From positions 17,543,781 through 17,607,780 of the forward strand of contig OZ037767.1 of assembly GCA_964035545.1 (NCBI GenBank): a stretch of DNA of 64,000 nucleotides. Reading direction: 5' to 3'. Positions 23,338-47,759 of the stretch are shown piece after piece. How positions within the stretch are numbered: position 1 is the first letter of the stretch; each line of letters begins with the position of its first letter. The DNA is from Bugula neritina. Lineage: Eukaryota; Animalia; Bryozoa. The notes below the pieces were generated by a model. It did no database searches, was not told the DNA's origin, and worked only from the letters and a program-made list of their open reading frames with translations. A program made the translations under genes and the position numbers.

Positions 23338-23966
23338 TTAGAACTCAGTTAACTCGGTTTTCACAAATTTTCATGTGACCAGTTGTATGTCTTATCACCT
23401 TGCCTACTATTACATTATCTTGTACAAGTTTTGGTCAATTTTTACTCTTAAATAGAGACTAAATGCAATTTCAACTTCTTACAAATCATAGTTGAATATT
23501 TGACAAGTTTATTGTGAAAGGGTTTGTAGCAATAGTATTTAGTCCTCGGAGAAAAAATGTTGATTTTATTCAGATTGTTTAACAATTACCTGTTGCCACT
23601 AGTATAGCTGTCTGTTATCTTAGATTATAAAATGCTAAATAACCAAATTACTTGGGAGACCTGTTTAAGCACATTGTTATGTGCAGACAACTCTAATTAA
23701 AAATACATGACATGTTATGCTATAATTCATATACTGATTTAAAGGTTTAACATAATATACTGTCATAAATAAACATGATAGCACATGGTGGTTGTCCACA
23801 CATACAATAATATTCATGCTCTAACATTATACAGCAATTGTCTTCTCTACATGCTATAATACATTAACAGTTCATAGTGATTGTCTTCTCATGTAACAAT
23901 TTATATATTAACAGTTAATTGTCTGCTCGTGTTACATTATCTACTCTCTTATATCAGTACTCCGTC

Positions 23967-34579
<10,613 letters not shown>

Positions 34580-35328
34580 CCTTTATACTGGAATTACAAC
34601 GTAGCATTCTAGCATGACATTATATAATATTATATTATATTATTATTATTATAGTCTGCCCAGCATATGAGTGTTCCTTGAACCACATGCTGCGACTTGA
34701 GTTTGCAACTAGCGATACTTACATGTTATACTTACACACTGCACTTACTAAATACACTTACATGCTAACTTACTAAATATACTGATAATTATTATACTTA
34801 CACTTTATTGCTGAATAAACCACCCCAAAACTACCGACTGCACTTTACACAGGAAACATTAGATAGCCGTGAATCTACACTCAACCTATTAGATTAAGGA
34901 GGGTGGATGAACCCCCGCATCCCTACACTATCTTACAGCAGTGTGTGATATCTAGTAGGTATAGGAATAGTGCTAGAGATAGCAGACGTATAGAGAGCAC
35001 ACTATAGGGGAGAGATAAGGTGTATTATATAATACACAATACTATGTATATAGATAAGTTATCAGCGCATGACACCAGGTGAGGTTGTAAAAGTCTCTAA
35101 TAATACTCTGAACTGTCTCTAATCAATACATTATGATAGCAAGTAGCAAGAGGGATAACTCCCTCTCCCTGTTTATATATCACTAGAGATGTGCGGTCAG
35201 AATATAAACTCATTGATGGAACCGTTTCAGACATGTTGACACACTGCAGAATACAACTTGACATACTGCAGGCCACCAAGCTAGTTAAAATAGGCAAGTC
35301 TTAACTTTTCTTGAGACTACATCTTTAT

Positions 35329-35661
35329 ATAACACTTACCTCGTGATACAACACTTACCTCATAATATAACACTTACCCATGATACAACACTTACCTCAT
35401 GATATAACACTTACCTCATGATACAACACTTACCTCGTGATACAACACTTACCACGTGATATAACACTTACCACGTGATACAACACTTACCCCATGATAT
35501 AACACTTACCACGTGATATAACACTTACCACGTGATACAACACTTACCCCATGATATAACACTTACCTCGTGATACAACACTTACCTCATGATACAACAC
35601 TTACCTCGTGATACAACACTTACCTCATGATACAACACTTACCTCGTGATACAACACTTAC
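35329..35661 (-). repeat. 21-bp consensus-donor array, ~16 copies, upstream of the NCX CDS
   Basis: Minus-strand unit TGTATCACGAG|GTAAGTGT. Confidence 0.9.
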
Positions 35662-36627
35662 TTATATAATCATTGTAGTTAGTCTAGATTTGCTAGGTTA
35701 CACCTGGTGATGTCACAGATGGCTACAAGGTCGCTGTAAGGTCACTACATCATATGAAGTATGATTCACTCTACACCACTGAGCACTGATGAGCAGAACA
35801 TACCAGAACCTTCCAGTATAATCAAAGTTATCAACTATTAAATAATGGAGTCGTGCTAACAATGCTATTACAGCAGTATGTCCTTCACATTGTGAAATTA
35901 CATTCTTTTTATTACTTCTAATTATTGATTGTTTCAAAGTTATCTCTACATAACTAATTATCCCTTCTATTATTATGGTAGTGGCTATAAATAGTCCATA
36001 AGCCACACCAAGTGCATGCAGAACTACAACACACCAATAGGCTATGAAAGACACCATGTTCCAATATGGAAGACACCATGTTCCAATATTTATGTTCCAA
36101 TATGGAAGACACCATGTTCCAATATGGAAGACGTCATGCTCCAATATGGAAGACGTCATGTTATTCTGAGGTGTTGCAATTAAACATCACCATGGTGATA
36201 TAGTAGAGACATGCTGATGGGTGGACAGCTGGCTATAACTTGTCAATATATCTGTTTTATTCCACAAAAATATTATTTTATACACAACTAAAACTGTACA
36301 AACTTGTGACAGACCATATAGAAAACTTTCTAAAATTGTATAAATAAAACTAAGTAATTTCCTATCATTTTATTAAAAAACACAAGTGAAGTCCTGTGTA
36401 TGTAAATAGATGGGTCCCCTCTACTCCTAGGGACTTGGGGGAGGAGGTTTCCAGGGTAGAATACTTTACAATGTCAATATGATGAGTAGATAACTCTTGA
36501 CATCTGCATGAGTTGAAAGGGAGTGAGTGTTGTAGGTGAATATAGGTAATATGGAAGACAGCAGAATGAGGGCGGGGCTAGGACAGTAGAATGAGGGAGG
36601 GGCCAGAACAGTAGAAAGAGGGCGGGG

Positions 36628-38418
36628 CTAGGAGAGGAAAGGGTCCCCATCATACATCTCATAGAAGAATGTATTTGTATGAAAGGCATCATAGACGAGT
36701 CCAATATAATCTATTTCTAACTCAAACCTCCCCTCAGCCCCGTCTGCTAGAGATATTCCAAAGTTACGTATTCTGTTAGATTCTATCATCTCCTGTTTAT
36801 CTTGAATTCTTCCTTTACTCGTGAGAAAAAACTTCGAGAAAGGAATCTAATAAATAAATAAATGTCACATTATGACCAAGTTACAATGTCACACGACTAG
36901 GCTACACACAGTGTCACATGACTAGGCTACACACAATGTCACATGACCAGGTTACACACAGTGTCACATGACCAGGTTACAGTGTCACATGACCAAGTTA
37001 CACACAGTGTCACATGACCAGGTTACAGTGTCACATGATATGAAGTAGACAAACCTTGGCAATCTGCCAGTATGGTCCTCCCCGAGTGTAGAGAGAGAAT
37101 GCGTAGAGATCGTGCCACAAGATGTCAAAGTAGTTCTCTATCTGCAGCTGTGAACAGGAGAAGAGATGTTAGTATGTATACTTACACTAGTAGTAGTACT
37201 GTATACTTACACTAGTAGTACTGTACACTTACACTAGTAGTAGTACTGTATACTTACACTAGTAGTAGTACTGTACACTTACACTAGTAGTAGTACTGTA
37301 CACTTACACTAGTAGTACTGTACACTTACACTAGTAGTAGTACTGTATACTTACACTAGTAGCAGTACTGTATACTTACACTAGTACTAATAGGACATAC
37401 TTACATTCAACTGATATGGCCGACCGTCCCCTCGACAGCGAATGACAAGGTGCGTGAAATCTGACCAATCATATGGCCGCAGTCGTGCAAAAGATTTCTA
37501 TAAACAGCAAAACATACAATCAGTTGGAGTCGTCAGGACTTTACAATAAAATAAGGTCAAATTAGCACGTCACAAGAAGAACAGTAACTTACTAAGTTAC
37601 AGGAAGTAGAGTAACTTACCATGTTACAGGAAGTAGAGTAACTTACCATGTTACAGGAAGTAGAGTAACTTACCATGTTATAGGGCGAACGCATATTCAC
37701 ATAGCCGGCATATTTGCTAGCTCCGTCATCAGGCACCTGTGTGTTCAAGTAACCGTGGAATAACAAACACTTCTGTCTACTAAGTGAGAGTTGAGCCGAG
37801 CTTCTTCCAGCCTCCATATCCGCGTCAGTTGATACGACCTACAAAGATGAGAGAGTATAGTCGAGTCAGTTGACACGACCTACAAAGATGAGAGAGTAGA
37901 GTTGAGTCAGTTGATACGACCTACAAAGACTAAACAGTATAGTTGAGTGAGCTGATATGACCTATTAACACGCCCTCTCACCCACTGGTTTATAGCTGAT
38001 TGGTTGTTCAACTTCCACAGATACTTATAGTCCCCATGCTCCATCATCCAGCTCTGAGGAGTGAAATGATCTTTAATTTCCTTTCCTAACATTTTAAACT
38101 CCTTTGGCAGAGACTTGATGCCGGTTTTGAGTATCTTCTTTAAAGATGGCTGCTCTATCTAAACAGTATACATTATGACCTGCTAACAATGATGCTGAAT
38201 ACAAATTAGTTGTGTTCTTACAATTTAGATATAAGCACACTGAAGCTTGGAGTATACATCCCGTAATAGGTAAAAGCTAGCCTAAGGGTGATTTTACTCA
38301 CCTTATGTTCATACTCAGCCTTCCTGCTCGACTCGTATACCATAATATTCCGTCTTAGCAGCAAGCACCTGGCACAGGTTGTCAGTAGTGACTTATATTG
38401 ACTCTGAAGACTGTTCAT
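36628..38418 (-). CDS. NDUFAF1: Complex I intermediate-associated protein 30 (CIA30), mitochondrial complex I assembly factor
   Basis: Six exons give an R-rich N-terminus (MNSLQ...LLLRRNI), then WVVSTDAD, RCRGDGRPYQLN, LYTRGGPYWQ, IPFSKFFLTSKGRIQD and FELEIDYIG. Stop TAG at 36628-36630. Confidence 0.88.
36862..37038. repeat. 21-25-bp repeat with GTCACATGAC core (NDUFAF1 intron)
   Basis: Unit GTCACATGACCAGGTTACACACAGT. Confidence 0.85.
37175..37404 (-). repeat. 22-25-bp donor-motif array, ~10 GTAAGT copies
   Basis: Sense unit GTAAGT(A/G)TACAGTACTACTACTAGT, following the real donor at 37404. Confidence 0.85.
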
Positions 38419-41208
38419 AGCTGGAATCTGAGGTATATCATGACATGCTTACAGAATGTAGTTGAATACGATTTTATTTGTCTAGCTTTAGAGTTGGCTG
38501 TTATAATGCTCCACTTAAATGAGTGTTGCTAAATATTTTATGGTAATAACTAGCGTATGATATATGAGATGGAGCATTGCTATCTGCTCAGAAAAATCAG
38601 AACTAGCTGGCAAAAAATGCACTATTTTAGTCATAATGATTATCGTAATTATTTTAAATATTTACATTATTATTTATAAGGTTAAACTGATACTCTTAGT
38701 CAATACTAGCCTATTTCAATTTATGACTATAACGATAATCTTGAAGTGACATAAAAATCAAAATTAGTTACTATTAGTATTACTATTACTGTATTAGTAA
38801 TTAGTTAGTAAACCAAAAGATAAACTTAAAGTTACAAAGTGAGCTAAACTTAAACAGTTAAACTTGAAGCCTAAAGCGCAAGGCACTAACTTTTAAACCT
38901 AGCAGCTACTAAGTCTAACTAAGGCATTAGTCTTACTTTTTAGTCTTTATCTTTATTTTAGGCTTTAAATTTACTGTTAGTGTTAGTGATGCTCTTAGAT
39001 TAGTTTTACAATTAAAGTTAGTCCAAGTCTTACTCTTACTCTTAGACTTATAATTGGTGTTACTGTTAGTGTTACACCTACACTTAGTGTTACAATTGCT
39101 AATGGCAATGCTTAGTCTTACAGCTTAAAGTTAGTAGTAGTACTTATAACTTACAGTTATCGAGTTAGACTTGGTGTTACTGTTACTACTTACTACTTAG
39201 TACTTACAGTTAGTGTTACTGACACCTTATTACATTTACTCAGACTCTTGTCACATTATTATCATAATATGAATATCAAAAATTCTATATGAATATTAAT
39301 ATTATTGTTATACTTATGATAATTATTATAATTTTGATTTAATTTCATTGAATTAAAAATAAATTACCAATTCAATAAATAAATATAATTATTCATTTAA
39401 TTTTATTGGTATTACTATTAGTATTAGTATTACTATTGGTAGCTTTCTCAGAAGCGGGCAATCGGCTTTGACCTTTGCGTTGTTCTTGCAGGCTAAAGCA
39501 AAAGCCTGTCTTTTATTTCAGTGTCACTCAGTGGGATTACCACTCTGGTGTCACTAAACCGTAAACTATAAAAATCTTAAGCTAACTTATTTCCGCTCCA
39601 GCGGATAGCATATATGGATATGCATTAAGAATTAGGAGTTGTCTAACACTTTAGTTGATGTCATGTGCCCTACACTGTAATAAGGGGATTTCCCTATGGC
39701 TGACAGCTAAATTTGCTAAATTAGATGCCAATCGACTAAGGCTAAGCCCAATTAGTAATCTCAATCTGTAAAGTGTAATGTCTTGCATGGTATTATTACT
39801 TATTTACTGTTATTATTAAATTATTGTTGGTATTACTATTTGTATTGGTGAATTTAACTCATTATTAGTATAAGTATCAGTATTATTATTTGTAACTTTA
39901 GTTCTACTTCTAGTAAAGCCACAGACTGACAGAGTATCAGTAAGCTAAAAGTCAAAGTGGCTTACATTTTGATTTTCATTTTGATTTACAGTTTTCAGTT
40001 ACTGTTAGTGTTACTCAGTTAGTTACACTTACTCTTAGAGTTAGATTTAGTCTTACAGCTTGAGTTTACAGTTACACTTACAGGTTATACTTACAGCTAT
40101 TCTTAGTCTTATCATTACTATTAGTATTAGTATTAACATTGCTATCAATTCATAATAATAATTTAATAAATAATTGTCAAAAGTTTTAATTCTTATTCAC
40201 TTATGATATATTGAATTTGATATTCAATTTCATATTGAATTTGATATTGTAATTGATTACCATTATGATTATTATTTATTGATATTTAATCTCATTTTCA
40301 TATTGATATTCATATTCATCTACTCCCTATCATGATCACCTATGGCTATTCCTATTTGCTGTATTTGGCTATTGATATTGTAATACTAATAGTAATTGCT
40401 GAGCTTAATGTTATTGCAATGAATATTCAATTTCTTATTCTTTTGATCAATTAATGGTAAAATATTATTAAATTATTATACTTATGGTAGTAGTAATTAT
40501 TTGAATTTTTACAAATCTATAAATATAACTATAAATCATGCATAGCTATGTCTATTAGTAATACTAATACTATAAATTTAATTAAGAATTTTGGTTTATA
40601 TATTTATAATTATATAACTTTCAATTTTATAGACGGTGTTATACTAATACTTATATAGCAGGTTGTTAGTAAAGGATAATTATTTTGATAATATCTAGCT
40701 GATCCTAAAGTTAAGGCACAACAAGTTGCATTTTAATTTTGTGGCTATGTTCATCTGCAATTTGCATCCAAAGTCCTCTCAGCTTAATTAGCTTTGTAAT
40801 TTCCCCATCTCTTTAGTGCAGCTGTATTCAATGCATATACATGTATTCTATGAAATTAAACACTCAGAAAAAGCAATTATAGTTAGCCTTTTAAAGACTC
40901 CAGTTTTATTAATTTTTTTTGCCGATAGCATCCTAAAAAACCTATTTATCAGGATAGCTACTATAAACTTGCATGAGTTTTTTATAAAATCCTTGGAACA
41001 ATTTGTATCTAATATTTATGCCTATGGCTTTGTGTGTCATAACTTTAGGGTAACTCGTATTTTCACAACACATTCTAATGAATTAAAATACTTTAGCTAC
41101 ATTCTACAACTGCTAGTCAGCTATAAAATAATTTCTAATAAGTTCTATGGTGATAGTCTGTTGTAGATAGAAATATGTCATCTACTCTATGATTGGTTGG
41201 ATGGTTCA

Positions 41209-44200
41209 ATGATCAGCTGCTTGTCATCTAAGTGTACGTCCCTGTGTATTCAGCCAAAGGTGAGCGTTCCTTCAAATATTAGTTATACACTGTCTAGTAT
41301 TAGTTATACATTGTCTAGTATTAGTTATACACTGTCTAGTATTAGTTATGCACTGTCTAGTATTAGTTATATACTGTCTAGTATTAGTTATACACTGTCT
41401 AGTATTAGTTATACACTGTCTAGTATTAGTTATACACTGTCTAGTATTAGTTATACACTGTCTAGTATTAGTTATACACTGTCTAGTATTAGTTATACAC
41501 TGTCTAGTATTAGTTATACACTGTCTAGTATTAGTTATACACTGTCTAGTATTAGTTATACACTGTCTAGTATTAGTTATACACTGTCTAGTATTAGTTA
41601 TACACTGTCTAGTATTAGTTATACACTGTCTAGTATTAGTTATACACTGTCTAGTATTAGTTATACACTGTCTAGTATTAGTTATACACTGTCTAGTATT
41701 AGTTATACACTGTCTAGTGTCAAGGTCAGATGTTTACAGTTTGCTCGGTGTTGGGCTATAATAGGTAACAGTTTTAGAAAAATACACAATTACAATAGGA
41801 GTTGTCTGCTTTATTATATAATTGCATGAATATGTAATATATTCCTTTTTCAGCCTCTTCCGTCTAAGAAAGTTATTGCCATGGCTAACCCAGTGTCAAA
41901 GGCTGGTAAGTGTTTCTATACTCTAACCTACTATCCTATCTACTTCTCTATCTTACCTTCTATATTCTAACCTACTATCCTATCTACTTCTCTATCTTAC
42001 CTTCTATACTCTAACCTACTATCCTATCTACTTCTCCATCTTACCTTCTATACTCTAACCTACTATCCTATCTACTTCTCTATCTTACCTTCTATACTCT
42101 AACCTACTATCCTATCTACTTCTCCATCTTACCTTCTATACTCTAACCTACTATCCTATCTACTTCTCTATCTTACCTTCTATATTCTAACCTACTATCC
42201 TATCTACTTCTCCATTTTACCTTCTATACTCTAACCTACTATCCTATCTACTTCTCCATCTTACCTTCTATATTCTAACCTACTATCCTATCTACTTCTC
42301 TATCTTACCTTGTATACTCTAACCTACTATCCTATCTACTTCCCCATCTTACCTTCTATACTCTAACCTACTATCCTATCTACTTCCCCATCTTACCTTC
42401 TATATTCTAACCTACTATCCTATCTACTTCTCTATCTTACCTTCTATACTCTAACCTACTATCCTATCTACTTCTCCATCTTACCTTCTATACTCTAACC
42501 TACTATCCTATCTACTTCTCTATCTTACCTTCTATATTCTAACCTACTATCCTATCTACTTCTCCATTTTACCTTCTATACTCTAACCTACTATCCTATC
42601 TACTTCTCCATCTTACCTTGTATATTCTAACTTACTATCCTATCTACTTCTCTATCTTACCTTCTATACTCTAACCTACTATCCTATCTACTTCTCTATC
42701 TTACCTTCTATACTCTAACCTACTATCCTATCTACTCCTCCATCTTACCTTATATATTCATCATTCAGTTCCTCTCTGTCCAGGATTCACTCCCAGAGGG
42801 CCATCTCAGAGTGACTATGATACTTCCATACAGTCCAGGGGTTTCCAGCGGAACAGGTATCAGCAAAGGTCAACAGGTGATCAGCAAAGGTCAACAGGTG
42901 ATCAGCATAGAGAAGGTCAGCATAGAGATGGTCAGCATAGAGAAGGTCAGCATAGAGAAAGGCAGCACCACCAAGGAAACCACTACTACAACAGCTACAA
43001 TTCAGGCCGTATGAGTCAGCCACGTATGGAGTACTATCCTAGTAATCACTATACTCAATATGACCAGCCAGCCCCTGTATATCCACCTACACAGCACAAC
43101 GCTGCCTCTCTGAGAAATCGTCAGCGAACTGACGAGGTTTCCTCTGCTACAGGTGGGAGGGGTTATGACTGGTCACCTGTTTATCAGCTGTCGGGTGACA
43201 GCAAGCGTCATAGAAGACAAGACTATGGTAATCAGTGGTATCAGGGGTACGCGCTGCCACCTGGGCAATACTACAACCCCCTGCCTGCAGGACTACCTCC
43301 TCAGTACGTCAACTCTACTTTCTACGAGAGTGAATATCATGCATTGGGTGCATTTCCTGGTAACTACTTGTTCTACCCTCAGATGTACCCTCCCGGCTCA
43401 GGAGGATATTACCCTCCGTCCTTCTACCAGCCTCCTAGGCCTACAGTGAGAAGACTCTACGAGAACGTAGAGAAGAAGGTGAAGAAAACTCCAACAAAGA
43501 CGCGGATCTCGCAGCTGCATCTCGACATCCGCCTCGTCTCGTACAACGTCCTCTCTGACCATCTGCAGTCGAGTCACCCTGAGCTCTACGTCGGCTGCGA
43601 CTCCAATGACCTCTCCTTTGAGAACAGGCAGCACCGAATCATCAAGTCTATCCTTTACCACGACCCGAATGTAAGAGTTATCCTCATTCTAGTATTCCCT
43701 CTCTAGTACTCCCTCTCTAGTACAAGACTGCTGTATTATATAATATAGTGATTGCTGTTTACAGATCATCTGCCTACAAGAAGTAGACGACTTCCATTTC
43801 CGTGACTTCTACTACAATGAGCTCTCTCAGTATGGATATGATGGAGAGTTTGTCAAGAGATCAGGTAATTATGTTGCCATGGTTACGACCACACACCTGA
43901 CTCGGTCACATGCCTTTCTATAGTACAGTTGGGATGTCTGTTTGTCTTGCAGAGAGTTCTCAGCGTGATGGGGTGGCAATATTCTACAAAATTGATGAAC
44001 TAAAAATGCTGGAATGTGAAAAAATTGAGTATTTTGTGAAAAATCACCCGATACTGGATAAAGGCAATGTTGGTAGGTGTTACTACTCTATATCTCTACA
44101 TTCTACTCTGTATTACTACTCTATATATCTACATTCTACTCTGTATTACTACTCTATATATCTACATTCTACTCTGTATTACCACTCTATATATCTACAT

Positions 44201-46020
44201 TCTACTCTGTATTACTACTCTATATATCTACATTCTAATCTGTATTACTACTCTATATATCTACATTCTACTCTGTATTACTACTCTATATATCTACATT
44301 CTACTCTGTATTACTACTCTGTATATCTACATTCTACTCTGTATTACCACTCTCTACATTCTAGGAATGGTTATGACCTTACAGCCTATAAACTACAAAC
44401 AGAGAAAGTTACCAAGGCGGGTCTGCGTGGGAAACACCCACCTGTTGTTCAACTCAAACAGAGGTGAGAAGAAGCTGGCTCAGCTCAGCTACCTGTTGGC
44501 TCACCTTCACCAAGCTGCCCAGAAACCAGGTGAGTGGTTTTCTACCTGAATACTTATGAGTCAGTAGAAAGTCACGTGATGTTACTAATCTATAGTTGAC
44601 TATAGTGTGAGTTCCTGTATGAGTCACGTAGCTGTAAGCTAGCCCATTCCCACAATCCCTTGCTCTACGCAGGCGAAGCAGACGGCACCTACTACCCAAC
44701 TTTCCTGTGCGGAGATTTCAACTCCACTCCGTTCTCTCAGCTCTACAACTTCGTAACAACCGGTAAAATAGACTACCGCTCTCTTGACAGGAAGTACATC
44801 TCAGGACAGCAATTTCCGAGGAATACTTCTTATTCCTTCAAGGTTTGTTTATATTGGTACTCCTTTGGTCGTTTCTGCTTCTAGCTTTCATAGATAGGCT
44901 TTAAATTATACACATTGGTATCATCTCCTATTACTGTATGTTTAATAGACTAGGGAAACTGTTGATGTCAAGCTATTGTACTATTTGAACTTTAACTTCA
45001 GTGGTTCAAATAGTTGAACAGTCTGAATTCAACTTGTGCTAAATTCCTAGTAATAAAATATTTTATATTCACAATTAACAATCCTCCCCAATCACTGTTT
45101 CTCCCTTCTATTGCACCAAATTTTAGAAAAAAAGACTTTATGAATATGTTGATTGTTTACAGGCAATCAATGAGAATATTCTCCCCTCATTCCTGACTCA
45201 TCAATGTACGTTCAGCTCACCAAACCTTCCAGACGCTCAAGTCTCACTAAACTCGGCATCCCATGCTAGTTCGACTGATGGTAGCAGCTCAAAGGAAACA
45301 GATCAGTTGACTGAATCAAACACTGAACCTGAGCATTATTTAGCTTTTCCTCAGAAAAAGAAGTATTTGACTATTACTACAGTGGGTGGATCACCAGCAG
45401 TGAGTGACTCACCAGCGGTGAGTGACTCACCAGCGGTGAGTGACTCACCAGCAGTGAATGAGTCACCAGCAGTGAGTGAGTCACCAGCAGTGAGTGACTT
45501 ACCAGCAGTGAGTGAGTCTAATGTTGACTTCAAACTGACAGATTTGATAGCAAAGGATAATGGACATTCTAGTAAACAGACACAGGAAACAGAAAGAGGG
45601 AATACTATAAACAGAGATAGCATGTGGGGACAACTCACTCACAAGTTCAGATTAAACTCTGCCTACGTCCACAATCAGATAGACAGACTGCTGCCAGACA
45701 AGGTACCAGAGGTGACGAGTCAGCATTCCGCCAACCAGGGCAGCACCGTTGACTACATCTTCTACACGCCAGGTGTGTTGAGATGGAACTGAGTAAATGT
45801 GCAGTTTGAGATAATAAGCTCCTCTTGTGTGCAGTAGTGATGAAAGTAGCACTATTACTTTATTACTGGGGTGATGGCAGTGATGATAATAGTAGTACTA
45901 GTGGTAGTAGTGGTAGTAGTAGTAGCAGTACTAGTAGTAGTAGTAGTAATAGTGGTAGTAGTAGTAGTAGTAGTGGTAGTAGTAGTACTAGTAGTAGTAG
46001 TACTAGTAGTAGTAATAGTG

Positions 46021-46051
<31 letters not shown>

Positions 46052-46171
46052 CAGTACTAGTAGTAGTGGTAGTAGTGGTAGTAGTAGTAGCAGTACTAGT
46101 AGTAGTAGTAGTAATAGTGGTAGTAGTAGTAGTAGTAGTAGTGGTAGTAGTAGTACTAGTAGTAGTAGTAC

Positions 46172-46204
<33 letters not shown>

Positions 46205-47047
46205 TAGTACTAGTAGTAGTAGTACTAGTAGTACTAGTAGTACTAGTAGTAGTAGTAGCAGTAGCGGCAGCAACAGTAGCAGTAGTACGAGTAGCAGTGA
46301 CACTAGTACAATGCCATGCCACTGTATCTGTAGAAGCATGTAGTAACACTGGAACAGGAGAAAAAGGATTGGGTAAAGATGATGGTACAGGCAGCTGCAA
46401 GGTGACACTCCTTTCAAGGTGAGAAACCAAACTAAACATCCTATACTGTCACATAACATCCTATACCGTCACATAACATCCTATACTGTCACATAGCAAC
46501 TTATACTGTCACATAACATCCTATACTGTCACATAACATCTTATACTGTCACATAACATCCTATACTGTCACATAACATCCTATACTGTCACATAACATC
46601 CTATACTGTCACATAACATCCTATACTGTCACATAACATCTTATACTGTCACATAACATCCTATACTGTCACATAACATCCTATACTGTCACATAACAAC
46701 TTATACCGTCACATAACATCCTATACTGTCACATAGCAACTTATACTGTCACATAACATCCTATACTGTCACATAACATCTTATACTGTCACATAACATC
46801 CTATACTGTCACATAACATCCTATACTGTCACATAACATCCTATACTGTCACATAACATCTTATACTGTCACATAACATCCTATACTGTCACATAACATC
46901 CTATACTGTCACATAACATCTTATGCTGACTCTAGATACGGCCTGCTGTCAGCGGAAGAGCTCTACAATACCGGTCCTATCCCCAGTCCCAAGGAACCCA
47001 GTGACCATCTCCTGTTGCTGGCAGAGTTTCGAATCAAAAGTAACTGA
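41209..47047 (+). CDS. ANGEL2: Angel homolog (EEP-family 2',3'-cyclic phosphatase) with long Q/Y/P-rich low-complexity N-terminus
   Basis: EEP motifs SYNVLS, IICLQEVD, DGVAIFYK, NTHLLFNSNRGEKKLAQ, LCGDFNSTP, TVDYIFY and PSDHLLLLAEF. Stop TGA at 47045-47047. Start codon uncertain because the frame is open back to the acceptor at 41166. Confidence 0.85.
41277..41718. repeat. 21-bp minisatellite, 21 copies
   Basis: Unit TATTAGTTATACACTGTCTAG. Confidence 0.95.
41914..42751. repeat. 44-bp minisatellite, ~19 copies, filling an ANGEL intron
   Basis: Unit TATACTCTAACCTACTATCCTATCTACTTCTCTATCTTACCTTC, which contains CTAAC. Confidence 0.95.
44079..44364. repeat. 33-bp minisatellite filling an ANGEL intron; the last ACATTCTAC copy reads ACATTCTAG and is the acceptor
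   Basis: Unit TATTACTACTCTATATATCTACATTCTACTCTG. Confidence 0.9.
45888..46308. repeat. (AGT)n microsatellite
   Basis: Interrupted trinucleotide repeat in an ANGEL intron. Confidence 0.95.
46436..46924. repeat. 20-bp minisatellite, ~24 copies
   Basis: Unit ACATAACATCCTATACTGTC. Confidence 0.95.
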
Positions 47048-47759
47048 CTGTTAACTCTCTGGGTTATGTGTCATCAGTTTAAGTAATGTGTCAACTCTCT
47101 AGGTAATGTGTCAACTCTCTAGGTAATGCATCAACTCTCTAGGTAATGTGTCAACAGTGTAGGTAATGTGTCAACTCTCTAGGTAATGTGTCAACAGTAT
47201 GGGAAATTGCTCATCAATGTTTGTAACTTGTAAGACTGCGAAACCATAACTTATGAATATTTATAAATAACTACTAAATAGGGAATGTCTTTCACTTTTA
47301 TTACTTATTAATTTATTTTTCAATTTTTTCTAATTCTTATATATATAATTATAAAATAAAGTTTTGTCAATCAATAAGTTTTGTTATTTGATTAGTAGGA
47401 ATAAGCAATAATCAAGATAGAAAATACGTTCAGTAACAAAAATACTGTAAAAACATTCTTCATCTAAGGGTCCAATCAAATGTCACGTTCTATAACTACA
47501 TAAAAAGTCAGTAACATGCATAACAAATAATTTTACCTCTGATTGATTTGGTGAGCTAAAAACTAAAGATACTATTTTAATAAAAATCATCTAAAAATAT
47601 TTCTAATGTTAAAGTGAATAATTAAAGTTTAGGTCCAAACGTAGTTTGAATAAAAATTAGAAATAGAACTTAAAGTAAAATAATTATATATCAGCTGAAC
47701 GGAACAATTACTCCCTTAAGGTGGTGTTACATTTCACTCCCTTAAGGTGCTGTTACATT

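Noticed and set aside
38940-39250. Interstitial telomeric repeat
   Set aside because: The hexamers begin with TTA but there are no TTAGGG or TTAGG runs. It is reported only as degenerate periodicity.
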